Assembly (NCBI GenBank): GCA_030601745.1
Contig: JAUWBI010000002.1
Coordinates: 16,770 to 80,769, forward strand
DNA from: Phycisphaerae bacterium
Lineage (GTDB): Bacteria; Planctomycetota; Phycisphaerae; Sedimentisphaerales; Anaerobacaceae
DNA: 64,000 nt
Direction: 5' to 3'
Position numbers and translations under genes: made by a program. Shown one piece after another: positions 1-9,600 of the stretch; position 1 is the first letter of the stretch, and the number at the start of each line of letters is the position of its first letter. The notes below the pieces were generated by a model. The model was not told the origin of the DNA. It ran no database searches and saw only the letters and a list, made by a program, of their open reading frames with translations.

Positions 1-2083
1 ACCGGATCCGGGCCAGATGAGCCAGACCATCATCGGTGAGCTGGGAGTGTGCGATATCCAGTTTCTTCAGCGAGCGCAGCTTCTTCAGGTGGGTGATGCC
101 AGCGTCGGTGATGTTTTCGTTCCAGTGGAGACTGAGGCGTTCGAGGTTGGGAACGTCTGATAGGTGAACCAGCGCCGCGTCGGTCAGTTGAGTCAGACCG
201 CCGAGCTGGAGGATTCTGAGTGAAGGGATATTCTTCAGGTGGACCATACCGGCGTCGGTGAAGTTCTTGCCCCAAAGCAGAAGGTACCTGAGCGAAGGTA
301 ATCGCGCCAGATGAGCCAGGCCCGCATTGCTAATACGGCCGCCGCCGAGCTCCAGCTCCTCAAGTGACGCCAACCGCCCAAGATGAGCTAAGCCGGCATT
401 AGTCAGGCGGTTTTCCTGCAGGTACAATCCCTTCAGTGACGGCAACCGGGCTACCTCAGCCAGGCCTTCATCTGTCAGCCGCTTCGATAGGGATAATCGC
501 TCCAGCGAATCGAGGCCCTTGATAAATCCCATGCCTTTGGCCGAGATATTTGTGTTCACGAGGTGCAAGACCTTCAGGCCTGTCAAATGGGCGATATGGG
601 GCATGCATCTGTCGTCGGGCAACTGGCCTCCGTCGTATGGATCGCTGATGCTTAGCATATAAAGGTCGTCGGGCTTGAGATTTGAAAGAGGCGAAAGGTC
701 TCGCCAAGCATCCTGACTTACGTAAAGGGCCAGGCGTTTGCCAGCCGGGACGGTGACGCTGCCCTGAGCCTGACCAAGGTATTTCAGGTCTGAATCCCCC
801 GTTTGCGTCCAGTAGAAAAACGTCTCGATGCGTCTTTCTGTTTTCGCGTCCTGAATCATTAGCTTGCCCAGGGAGCGATCCGGGGGGAAGTGAACAACGC
901 GCTCTTTGCTGCGAGGCGCAGTAACTTTCGCCTGTTGTTCTGCATATTTGCGAAGCAATTCCCACGCGCTCGGACGCTTTCGGACAGCAGATTTGGGCTT
1001 GGACTCGGCAGAGCCGCTTGCTTTCTTTGGCCTGCAGTCCATAATCACACGGCCTTTTTCGTCCACCACTTTGCCATCCTGCCAGGTGTACATAATGCCT
1101 TCGACACCTATAACAAAAACCCTTGCTCCATTCATAATGTCGTCAGGAACAAACGAACCCAGCGCATCATGGTCAACGTCGAGCTTTACCTCAGTGCGTT
1201 TCACATGAGTTCGGGACTTGCTGTAATCCTTACCACCCAAATCTCTATGATATCTTGCATCTGCTTCCATCGGAACCCAGAGGCCATTGATTTTTTCGAA
1301 ACGAACGATTCTTTGAGAAATATGAATTGTGTGTTCCCTGTGGAGCGGACGACCGTAGACCAGGTCGCCCCTTTTTCCGTTTATCTCATGGTTGAATCTG
1401 GCAATATTATATCCGTGTTTAGGGTCGATCCACACCGCGAGGTTTCCGAGTTTTGTAATTGCGTCTATAACATAACACTCTGAATCACCTACTTTCTCCG
1501 TCCTGTCCCGGACCGATATAGTATGAGCTTTGCGTAACTCTGAGTCTATGCGCTCGATGCTACCAAGGATAGAGCCTCTTAACGAACCTGCTTTGCTATA
1601 CAGTCGTTTAATTTTGACGTCTCTATCCTTATTTTTGGTAAGGTGGACTTTGCCAAGATTGCTGACCGGATTAAACGGGTTTCTTGCATACTGGTAGAGA
1701 TCTTTGCCATCCCACATGTAGCTTTGATAGGCAGGATTGTCTTTTGGATAATTGTCCGATGGGCTGCCCACATTACCCCACATGGATCTACGTGTTCTAA
1801 ACCGTTCGGTTTTGCCATCGAATCGAAATTCCTCGGCTTGTTTCGTGTGCAGCACTATCCCTGCCTGGTCAGGCTTGCTGCTACTCGATTCAATCGATAT
1901 TTCATGCTTAATTATGAAAGATTGATAAATCTCATCCTGTGTTTCTGCGTACTTATCCAGCAATTCAAACGCAGTGGGATGCTTCGATTTGCCCTTGCTG
2001 TGCGGGGTCCTTGCCCAACAGACCGGCACCATAACTGCACAAATCAGCGCTACAATTAGGGTTGTTCGCTTAGCGTTCCGCAT
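1..2083 (-). CDS. Secreted leucine-rich-repeat (LRR) protein, C-terminus cut by window edge
   Basis: Absent from the ORF track because no stop lies in the window. Manual minus-strand translation from ATG at 2083 (AAGGAGG 5 nt upstream) gives a signal-like MRNAKRTTLIVALICAVMVPVCWA and an open frame down to nt 2. The last ~200 codons are ~24-aa LRR units (...NITDAGITHLKKLRSLKKLDIAHSQLTDDGLAHLA...). Confidence 0.8.
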   Translation of the reverse strand, partial: MRNAKRTTLIVALICAVMVPVCWARTPHSKGKSKHPTAFELLDKYAETQDEIYQSFIIKHEISIESSSSKPDQAGIVLHTKQAEEFRFDGKTERFRTRRSMWGNVGSPSDNYPKDNPAYQSYMWDGKDLYQYARNPFNPVSNLGKVHLTKNKDRDVKIKRLYSKAGSLRGSILGSIERIDSELRKAHTISVRDRTEKVGDSECYVIDAITKLGNLAVWIDPKHGYNIARFNHEINGKRGDLVYGRPLHREHTIHISQRIVRFEKINGLWVPMEADARYHRDLGGKDYSKSRTHVKRTEVKLDVDHDALGSFVPDDIMNGARVFVIGVEGIMYTWQDGKVVDEKGRVIMDCRPKKASGSAESKPKSAVRKRPSAWELLRKYAEQQAKVTAPRSKERVVHFPPDRSLGKLMIQDAKTERRIETFFYWTQTGDSDLKYLGQAQGSVTVPAGKRLALYVSQDAWRDLSPLSNLKPDDLYMLSISDPYDGGQLPDDRCMPHIAHLTGLKVLHLVNTNISAKGMGFIKGLDSLERLSLSKRLTDEGLAEVARLPSLKGLYLQENRLTNAGLAHLGRLASLEELELGGGRISNAGLAHLARLPSLRYLLLWGKNFTDAGMVHLKNIPSLRILQLGGLTQLTDAALVHLSDVPNLERLSLHWNENITDAGITHLKKLRSLKKLDIAHSQLTDDGLAHLARIR

Positions 2084-2194
2084 GGCCGCCTCCTTATATG
2101 ACGGTTACAGTGTTTAAACAAAAACCAGGCCGGCACCTCAAATCGGTCACGGCCTGTTCTCGGGCGAATTATCATCTGGACTATTGGGTTCTTC
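2037..2194. repeat. Copy A of a ~158-bp duplicated junction (3' end of CDS + terminator + RBS + first codons of LRR gene)
   Basis: Aligns base for base with 3523-3680, with roughly 16 mismatches by eye and no gaps. Identity was not computed. Confidence 0.85.
2116..2156 (-). terminator. Intrinsic-terminator-like hairpin overlapping the stop codon of the sigma-fusion gene
   Basis: Minus strand reads CAGGCCG-(17 nt loop containing the TGA stop)-CGGCCTG followed by GTTTTTGTTT. Confidence 0.45.
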
Positions 2195-3388
2195 TGGTTC
2201 CTTGGCTCGGTAAGCGCCGCCATAGCCACCGCCATAATAGCCGCCATAGCCCATAGCAGGTGTGTTACTATCCTCGCTGTCAGTTTCTTTATCAGGCGCC
2301 GGCGGGCCGCCTACGAAGGCACCTCCATAACCGCCGCCGGCGGGCTGCCTACGAAGACGCCTGGGCTGCTCGGGACCGCGCGGCTCAGAAACAGGTCTGT
2401 CGGGAGGCGCAGCGGCCATATTCTCGGCCAACATCATTTCCATCATCATTTCCCACTCCAACCGGTCCGCTTCCTCTGCCGTTCGGGCTTTGCGGGCGGT
2501 TGGCCGGCTCTGTACGGTGCCTGGCGGTCTTCCCGACGGACGTTGCCTGAATTGCTGAGTACTATGCTGTCCTGGAGGTTGCTTAACCTCGGGCGGCTGG
2601 GTAACGTGGTTATACGTGACTACTGAGGCGACACCCACCACCGTTACCACAGCAGCGGTGACGACCTTCGCCTTGACCCCGGCCAGCACGCCGACCGCCG
2701 CCTTGGCCCCTGTGCCTGAGGTTGCTGCAGCGCTGCCGACTCCGGACCCCGCCGCTGCCGTTCCCCCCACAAGTGCCATTTTGCCTAATTCTTTCAACAC
2801 CAACGCCGGCGCTGCCTCGACAACATTTTCCCCTAACAGACCACCCAATGTAGCTACGGCAACTATTATCCCCCGCTTTCTTAGTCGCTCTCGTAGTTTC
2901 GCCACCCCGGATTCAATCCGCCGCGAGACGGTCGGCTGCGACACCTCTTTGTCGGCTGCAATATCTGTCATAGACCGACCTTCGAAAAAGTGTTGTATCA
3001 GAATCTCTTGTGTTTGCTCATCGAGTTCGCTCAGCCCTTCATCAACATACCCTGATATATCCTGCCATTTTCTCACCTCTCTGGGCTTATTGGCTGCATA
3101 TTCTGTTTCTTGCCGCCTTATTGAAGAATCCCTGCGAACAACATCAATGGCTCTGCGTGTCGCCACCCTATGCAGCCAGGCCGGTACCGAGCCGGTAATA
3201 TTCCCTGCATTCCGCAATAACAGGAAAAACGTATCCTGCACCGCATCCGCTGCCCTGTCCCTGTCTGCCAGAATCCGCAAACAAGCCCCATATACCAGCC
3301 CCGCGTGCCGCCGAACAACTTCTGAAAACGCTTCCGCATCGCCGGTCCTGGCAAACCGATGTAACAAAATAACTTCGTTCTCCAACAT
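2147..3388 (-). CDS. ECF (sigma-70 family) sigma factor fused to a transmembrane/Ala-Gly-rich segment, a Pro-rich linker and a Gly/Tyr-rich C-terminal tail
   Basis: 413-aa ORF with AAGGAG 7 nt upstream. Region 2 (LLHRFARTGDAEAFSEVVRRHAGLVYGACLRIL..DAVQDTF) and region 4 (LDEQTQEILIQHFFEGRSMTDIAADKEVSQPTVSRRIESGVAKLRERL) are recognisable. Hydrophobic stretches follow at about aa 185-260. The tail is ...GYGGYYGGGYGGAYRAKEPEEPNSPDDNSPENRP. Confidence 0.85.
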   Translation of the reverse strand: MLENEVILLHRFARTGDAEAFSEVVRRHAGLVYGACLRILADRDRAADAVQDTFFLLLRNAGNITGSVPAWLHRVATRRAIDVVRRDSSIRRQETEYAANKPREVRKWQDISGYVDEGLSELDEQTQEILIQHFFEGRSMTDIAADKEVSQPTVSRRIESGVAKLRERLRKRGIIVAVATLGGLLGENVVEAAPALVLKELGKMALVGGTAAAGSGVGSAAATSGTGAKAAVGVLAGVKAKVVTAAVVTVVGVASVVTYNHVTQPPEVKQPPGQHSTQQFRQRPSGRPPGTVQSRPTARKARTAEEADRLEWEMMMEMMLAENMAAAPPDRPVSEPRGPEQPRRLRRQPAGGGYGGAFVGGPPAPDKETDSEDSNTPAMGYGGYYGGGYGGAYRAKEPEEPNSPDDNSPENRP

Positions 3389-3485
3389 CTTATATCTCCT
3401 TTCAGTATTCGACTTTTTTAATCACTCATAAATAAGTCGTTCTGAAGCTGGAGATTATTCAGAAAATTACTCCCCTGCCTGTTTT

Positions 3486-3569
3486 TTATTTATTAACGGC
3501 CCCTTCCTCCGGCACAAAACCCGCACAAATCAGCGTTATAATCAGGATTGGTCGCTTAGCGCTCCGCAT
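3486..3569 (-). pseudogene. 27-codon remnant copy of the 5' end of the LRR gene
   Basis: The minus strand has ATG at 3569 behind the same AAGGAGG and encodes MRSAKRPILIITLICAGFVPEEGAVNK*. Compare MRNAKRTTLIVALICAVMVPVCWA at 2083. It lies inside repeat copy B. Confidence 0.55.
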
Positions 3570-3680
3570 CGCCGCCTCCTTATATAACGGTCACGGCGTT
3601 TAAACAAAAACCAGGCCGGCACTTCAAATCGGTCACGGTCTGTTCTCGGGCGAATTAGCATCCGGACTATTGGGGTCTTC
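3523..3680. repeat. Copy B of the ~158-bp duplicated junction
   Basis: See copy A. It covers the last codons of the 2571-aa gene (…PNSPDANSPENRP*), the hairpin, the RBS and the remnant start. Confidence 0.85.
3602..3642 (-). terminator. Intrinsic-terminator-like hairpin overlapping the stop of the giant BlaR1-like gene
   Basis: Paralogous to 2116-2156, with one stem mismatch, and followed by the same GTTTTTGTTT on the minus strand. Confidence 0.4.
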
Positions 3681-6600
3681 CATTTCCTCGGGCAGGATAC
3701 CACCGTAGCCACCGTAGCCACCGTAACCGCCACGATAGCTGCCGCCAAAACCGCCGTAACCACCATAGCCGCCCCTATACGTTGGAAGGTCTTCGGAATC
3801 AACTTTTTCGGCTTTGATTAGAACAAGAAGTTCCTTCTGCACCTTCCGGCCATCTTCTTCGGCTGTAACTTTCTGACCGCCCATGAGCACCGTTCCCCCG
3901 TTGGGGACTAAGACACGCGTCTTGGCACTAACTACTTCCATCTGGGGAATCTTGTACGGGTATTTTTCCTTGTACATACGCTCTTCAAACCCAAGCAGGT
4001 CAGAAAGCTCAAACCCGACATTCAGTAGTATGTGTCTGTTGTCAGGCGTGATTTTGGGCGTCACTTGGAGCTGAAGGCCTTTGTTTACGGAATCGCGCTC
4101 TGGTATTGGCTCGCCGGAAGGCCGATTCGGTTCACTATAGCCTGAGATATAGTTGACTTGTCTATGAATACTGAAAGCTGCTTCTTGGCCATCCAATACT
4201 GTTACTTTTGGTGCAGCAAGCATTTTGGAATCCTCATGAGCCTGGACAGCTTTGATGAGGAAGCTGACGTGGAGATCATCAAGTATAAGGCTATAACTTT
4301 CAGAAATCGGCAAAGCTGGAGACTCCGCAACAAGATGTTCTGACCAGACATCATCGCTTTGTATAGAATTTGCATCCAGACCGACATCTTCAAGGAAACC
4401 TTCGCTAACTACTAAAAACCGTGATTCGATTTGGATTGTACGTTTGCTGATGCCGAGCTTTTCAAGCTGTTTAGAACTCTTAAAAGTGACGTGGCTATCA
4501 TTGAATAAAACGTTGGTACCTTCTCCTTTCTCAAGCAGTGTCTTGTCATAAGCTATCACGGTGTCTGGTGGTTCTACTACTGTTTTTCCTCTGCCAAGGT
4601 ACACAACATTTTCCAATAACCATTTTAAATCGTCCTCGCTCATATCGTTTATATGCTTTTGTAGTTTCTGCAAAGTATCCGGATATTTTTCTTCGTGGTC
4701 ATTTGCATATATAAGCAGCGCGTTGCCTAATTCTTTTAACTTCTCTGCTGATTCGAGGCGGTCTTTCACTTCGGTCTTAGCCGGCAAAATCTCTATCTCA
4801 ACCGGATTGCTCACTACCCGAAGAGAAATCGTTCTGCCTTCTTGCGACAGTCCTCTCGAAAGAGCCGCACGCACAGTGTGCCAGCCCGGCGCTAACTCAA
4901 AACCTCCATTCTCATTTTGAGAACCAAGAGCCATGTCCAATGATAGCTCAAGGTTATACCATCGCTTATCCGGGCCAAATGACATGCCTTTGGCGCCACC
5001 CAGCATAGGAATCGTAACCCTATACCACACTCCGTTCACTTCAACCCCCCAATAGTCCGGTGCAGAAGTTAATAGCAGTCTGTGACTGCCGTCGTTGCGG
5101 ACATCCACCTTGAACTTCGGCGTCTCGCCGGCCGCCCACTTCCCCTTCTCCGCACGCAAACGAACTCTAATCCCCTCCGCCGCCTGACCCCAAAGCAAAT
5201 CGGCATCCGGCTTAGGATCAGGCCCCATCCTCATGATTACCGGAATGGCAACCTTCTGATTTCTCCGATAGGCCCTGGCGGCGGCAATGAGCTCCTCGGC
5301 CGCCTCTTCGCTGTGCAGGTATTTCATTACAAGTTCACGCAGTTCATCGAAGGCATCCGGCTCCCGCGCATATAACTGAACAATCTGTCCGGTCAGAGCC
5401 TGCCGATGCTCTACGAGTTCGCCGATGCGCTCGGCATGTCTTCTCACAACCATTTCTTGCTCATTTTCTTTGCGGTACTTTTCCACCACTTCCGGCGGAC
5501 CGTCAACCGTGGACACGCCGACGGCAGGTAGCTCCGGCTTGTCCTTCGGCAAACCAAATTGCAAACAGAACTCAAGCCCCCGCAGATAAATCTTCGCTGC
5601 GTCGCGCCTGCCTTTCGATAATTGAAGCGCATCACCCCAATAAACGAACAGGCGCGCCTTCTTGACGGCGTCGTGAAGATACCACCATCCCGCCCGAGCA
5701 TATTCTATCGTTTTGCTCGGATTGATTTGCCCGCTCTGGGCATATATCTCGGCAAGCTGACAATATATCAGTGCCTGCTCCTCGCGTTCAGTGTACTTCT
5801 CGAGCAACCTCTTGCCGAAAGCCTCGGCGCCGGCAAGGTCCTGTCGCTGCTGCCAGAGCTCATGAAGCTCGGCCTGCAGGGAAGTCGAAGCGTCAGCTTC
5901 GACGTCAACGGTGTCCGCTTTTTCGCCATCCGGCAAAACCTCTACCACAACCACATTGCTTTCAATACGCAAGTGCTTGGGAATCGGTATTGTCCCCGGC
6001 ACGGCCTCCGGAGGTACGGGGTCTGATACGAACATAACCAGTTGAACGGCATGCTTGCCAAGTGACAGCTTCAGCCGAAGGTCAGAACCGTATGCGCCAA
6101 CCCAGTCTTCGCTCAGAAGTATAGTGGTTTTATCCAAGGCCTCGCGCGGCTCAAGGTCGGCCGGCCTGTCAGAAACCGGTCCCTTCCAACGCCAAATTTT
6201 ACCCGCCACCTTGAGGTAGAAAAGCTCCGATGGCCGGGGCAGGCGCCACGGGCCCCGACCGACATTTCTTGCTACCGCTTGGAGCCTCGGCGTTTCGTCC
6301 GCTTTCCAGAGGCGTTTATCGGCTCGCAAGCCACATTGCAGACCAGCCACCGCCTCGCCCCAGCCCCTCTTGTCCGCCTCAGCAGGCAAAACCTCTATCA
6401 CAACCGCGTTGCTTACCACGCGAAGTCGCCGCCAGTTAGCTCGGTCCCTCGTGCTTGGGCCAAAGGACAAACGTACCGTATGCAACCCCGGCGTGAACTT
6501 CAGAGGTCTGCCATTACTGTTCCACTCCGACCATACTCCCGGATAAAACTCAATGTCCTTATGTTCCTGACCCGGACCGAACAGCAGCGTTCGAAAGTAA

Positions 6601-9600
6601 CCCGAAAACAAAGCTCCAACCCTGTGCCACAGGCCGTCAAGTTCAACCTCCCAGTGTTCGTGCGTCAAACCCAATTCCCATTCGACAGTCCCTTTATTTC
6701 GCATGTCAACACGGAATCTGGGCGTTTCACCTTCATACCACCTCTGCCGCTCGGGTCGTACCCGCATCTGAACCCCCTCCACCGCCTCTCCCCAGACAAG
6801 CGGTATTTTCTCATCCGGCGTTTCAACCTCAACCTGCACATCGGTTTTGACCGGAGGCATGCCTTTTCGCAGGTCCTCTACAAATGACCGCACCTGTTCT
6901 TTGGTAAGGTCTCCCGCGATAATTGCCTTTTTACTCAGCGGCGTCTCAATGACAGGAGCCGAGAGAACCCAGCTATCAACACCTATCGCCAGATGATTAC
7001 CAATATTGGCCTTGGTCAATTCGTAGAAAAGCTCAGCCCCTTTTTCATCGAATTGAAGGCTTATCGCTGGTCTCCCCGCTGCATCAGTAGTGGGCTGGAC
7101 TTTTTCAAGCCCCCAGACCCATCTCCCTTCAAACTCAGGGATCATTACGTATTGAGTGCGTGCACAGAGCAGAATATAGGTTCGTTCTTTATAAGTACTC
7201 AAAGGTAAACCTCTGAACCGATTAAGGCCGCCTTTTATGGGCGACCATTGGAAGCTATCCCCACGAATTGATCCTCGCAAAGGCCCGTTTTCTGCCAAAT
7301 CATCAAGATATCGTTGATATTCTTCCGTGGTCAGACTCGGCTGACGGCCCGACCCATCTGCGTTGGGTACTATGGCCAACGTTAGCATTGCCCCTTCCGG
7401 CGCAGCCAAAACCCTATATTCACGTTTCTTACCTGCCTTCTGAACTGGTACTTGTGTTGGCTGAGTCTGCGGCAAATCAGGCGGTTTAATCTTGCCTTGA
7501 TTTTCCTGCCACCACTGCCGCCAGCGCTGGGCGACCTGGCGCCTGTGTTCCCTTTGCCTGTCCCTTATTTCCGGGGTTATGATGTGAGACCCCAGTCGGT
7601 TGCCTTTCGAATCATAGGCATAGAAATGGTCATGCCCTTCGGTATGGCCGGTGAGTTTTTCCAGAGCTATTGTGATTTCACGAACTGGCCTGCCCAAACC
7701 TAAACCTTCTTTAGCGGGGTCCATTTGATGCCGTTTGAAGAATATATCAAGTTCGGTCTTTGGCTCACCAATGCCATAATCGCTGGAAAAGCCGCTACGT
7801 TCAAGGCTGTCAATCAAACCTGGGACGGCGCTGAGGTCACCGATTGCTCTTAGCGTTAAAGCCAATTTGCTTTGAGTCTGTGGTTTCCCGGTTCGCCTTA
7901 GTTCGGCAACCAGTTCCGGTACCGCGGCAGAGCCGATTTCAACAAGCCTGTGAACGGCTGCGAACCACTTTTTCTTGTCTCTGCCGATGCTCGATTTGCG
8001 AAGAATATCAATAAGCTCACTTACCGAAAGCCCCGCCATTTGCTCTATCAACTCAGCGTCAGAAAGGCCGGCGTCCTGTTCGGACGGCTCACCGACCACG
8101 TATCTTTTGCTGGTAAACTCATCATAGACTTCGCAGCCGTCGGGGAATACTATGGTGAATCTTTCCGCAGGGATGCCTTTATTAAGCCTTATGCTCTCAA
8201 CGTCAATCTCCAATCTGCGTGTCGGCACCATTGGTGTTAGCTTGAAAACGCCCACTTGCTCTCGTTCCTCAGTAGGCAGCGCCGCGAACTGCGCCCGCGT
8301 CATCCCCTTGGGTGGACGGATGACGTTTGTGGAGAAGGATGTACGGTCACCTTGGATTGGCAACCAAATCCCATCGATCTTTTTTAACTTGATGTTGTCC
8401 ACTTGCCTCGAGACTACCTTGAAGCGGTTTTTGCCGCTGATGCTACGATATTTCTCGAACTTAAGGAGCCTGTAGTCCCTCTGGTAATCTATCCATGCTC
8501 GAACATCGTAAGCCCAGTCCACCGAAGGGTCGGTTTCCAAATTAATGGCCTCGATGACATAACAAGGATGGCCGTCGATGAATTCAACCTTATCTCTTAC
8601 CGAAATAGACTCTGCCTGAGCTATCGCCTCTGCAAAAGACAGGCGACCGAGCTCTTTTGCGTCGAAGCCCAGGAGGGTATTGAATGTCATCATGCCTCTG
8701 AAGGTCGTGTAATCGGGTTCGAGTATCCCACCACCCGGTCGCTGAGCATCCGGGTCAACTCTCAAGAGCCATCGTTTTTCACCGTCAAAGGCCTGTGTTA
8801 TCTTTACGGTCTCATAGGTCTCGGTCCGGGAATCTCTCAAATGTTTTATGCCGCTGTAGAATTCCTTGCCGTGCTCGTAGCCCCAATCGAATTCATAGAA
8901 GGTATGATTGCGCGCCGGAATTGTGCATGTCATATGGAGCTGGATATCCTTTATCTTTTTCTCACTTTCGATTATTTTAGCCACCAGTTCGCTAGCGGAT
9001 ATCTGCACATCAGTTTTATTCTCAGAAGGAACCTTCTTTGCTTCAGGATGCTCTTTCAGAAACTGCTTCAGCTCTACCTCGGCCCTATCAGGCGTCTCCA
9101 TATCTATATCATGTACCCACCAGTTGTCGCGCCCATTCAGAACTATCCTATCCAGACAAAACACCAGCGGGCCCATCCTGCTGTGATCACCCTGGATGAC
9201 CGAACTTACCGCCATTGCCGACCAATCGTCGGCAACAACAGCCATTATCCACAGGTTCTGACCTTCCGCCATTTCGTTAAGGTCCATTATGTGGTCAGCA
9301 GATAACTTGTCCGGAGGGGCAAATTCTGAGGCCTTTTCAAAATCACCCGCCAGCGCCGCCGCAACAAACGTCTCAATCGCCTCACGAGCACCCCGCTTGA
9401 CTTTGTCTGCCTTCTCAATCTCTTTGACATCGGATAATCCCTCCAGTTCCATGGCCAAATACTTCTGTAGCTTCTCCTGGTACTTCAGTTGCTTTTCCAT
9501 GCCCAATTTAAAAATTCCCTTCGGCAAAGCCGACCGATCATTAAAGCTGCACCGCTCGATATCCAACGCATAATGACTATGATTATATACTCGCCCATCC

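Noticed and set aside
2616-3431. 271-aa plus-strand ORF opposite the ECF sigma fusion.
   Set aside because: It is the antisense of a gene with clear sigma regions 2 and 4. The product is Ala/Thr/Pro/Ser low complexity generated by the GC-rich Ala/Gly-coding stretch on the other strand.
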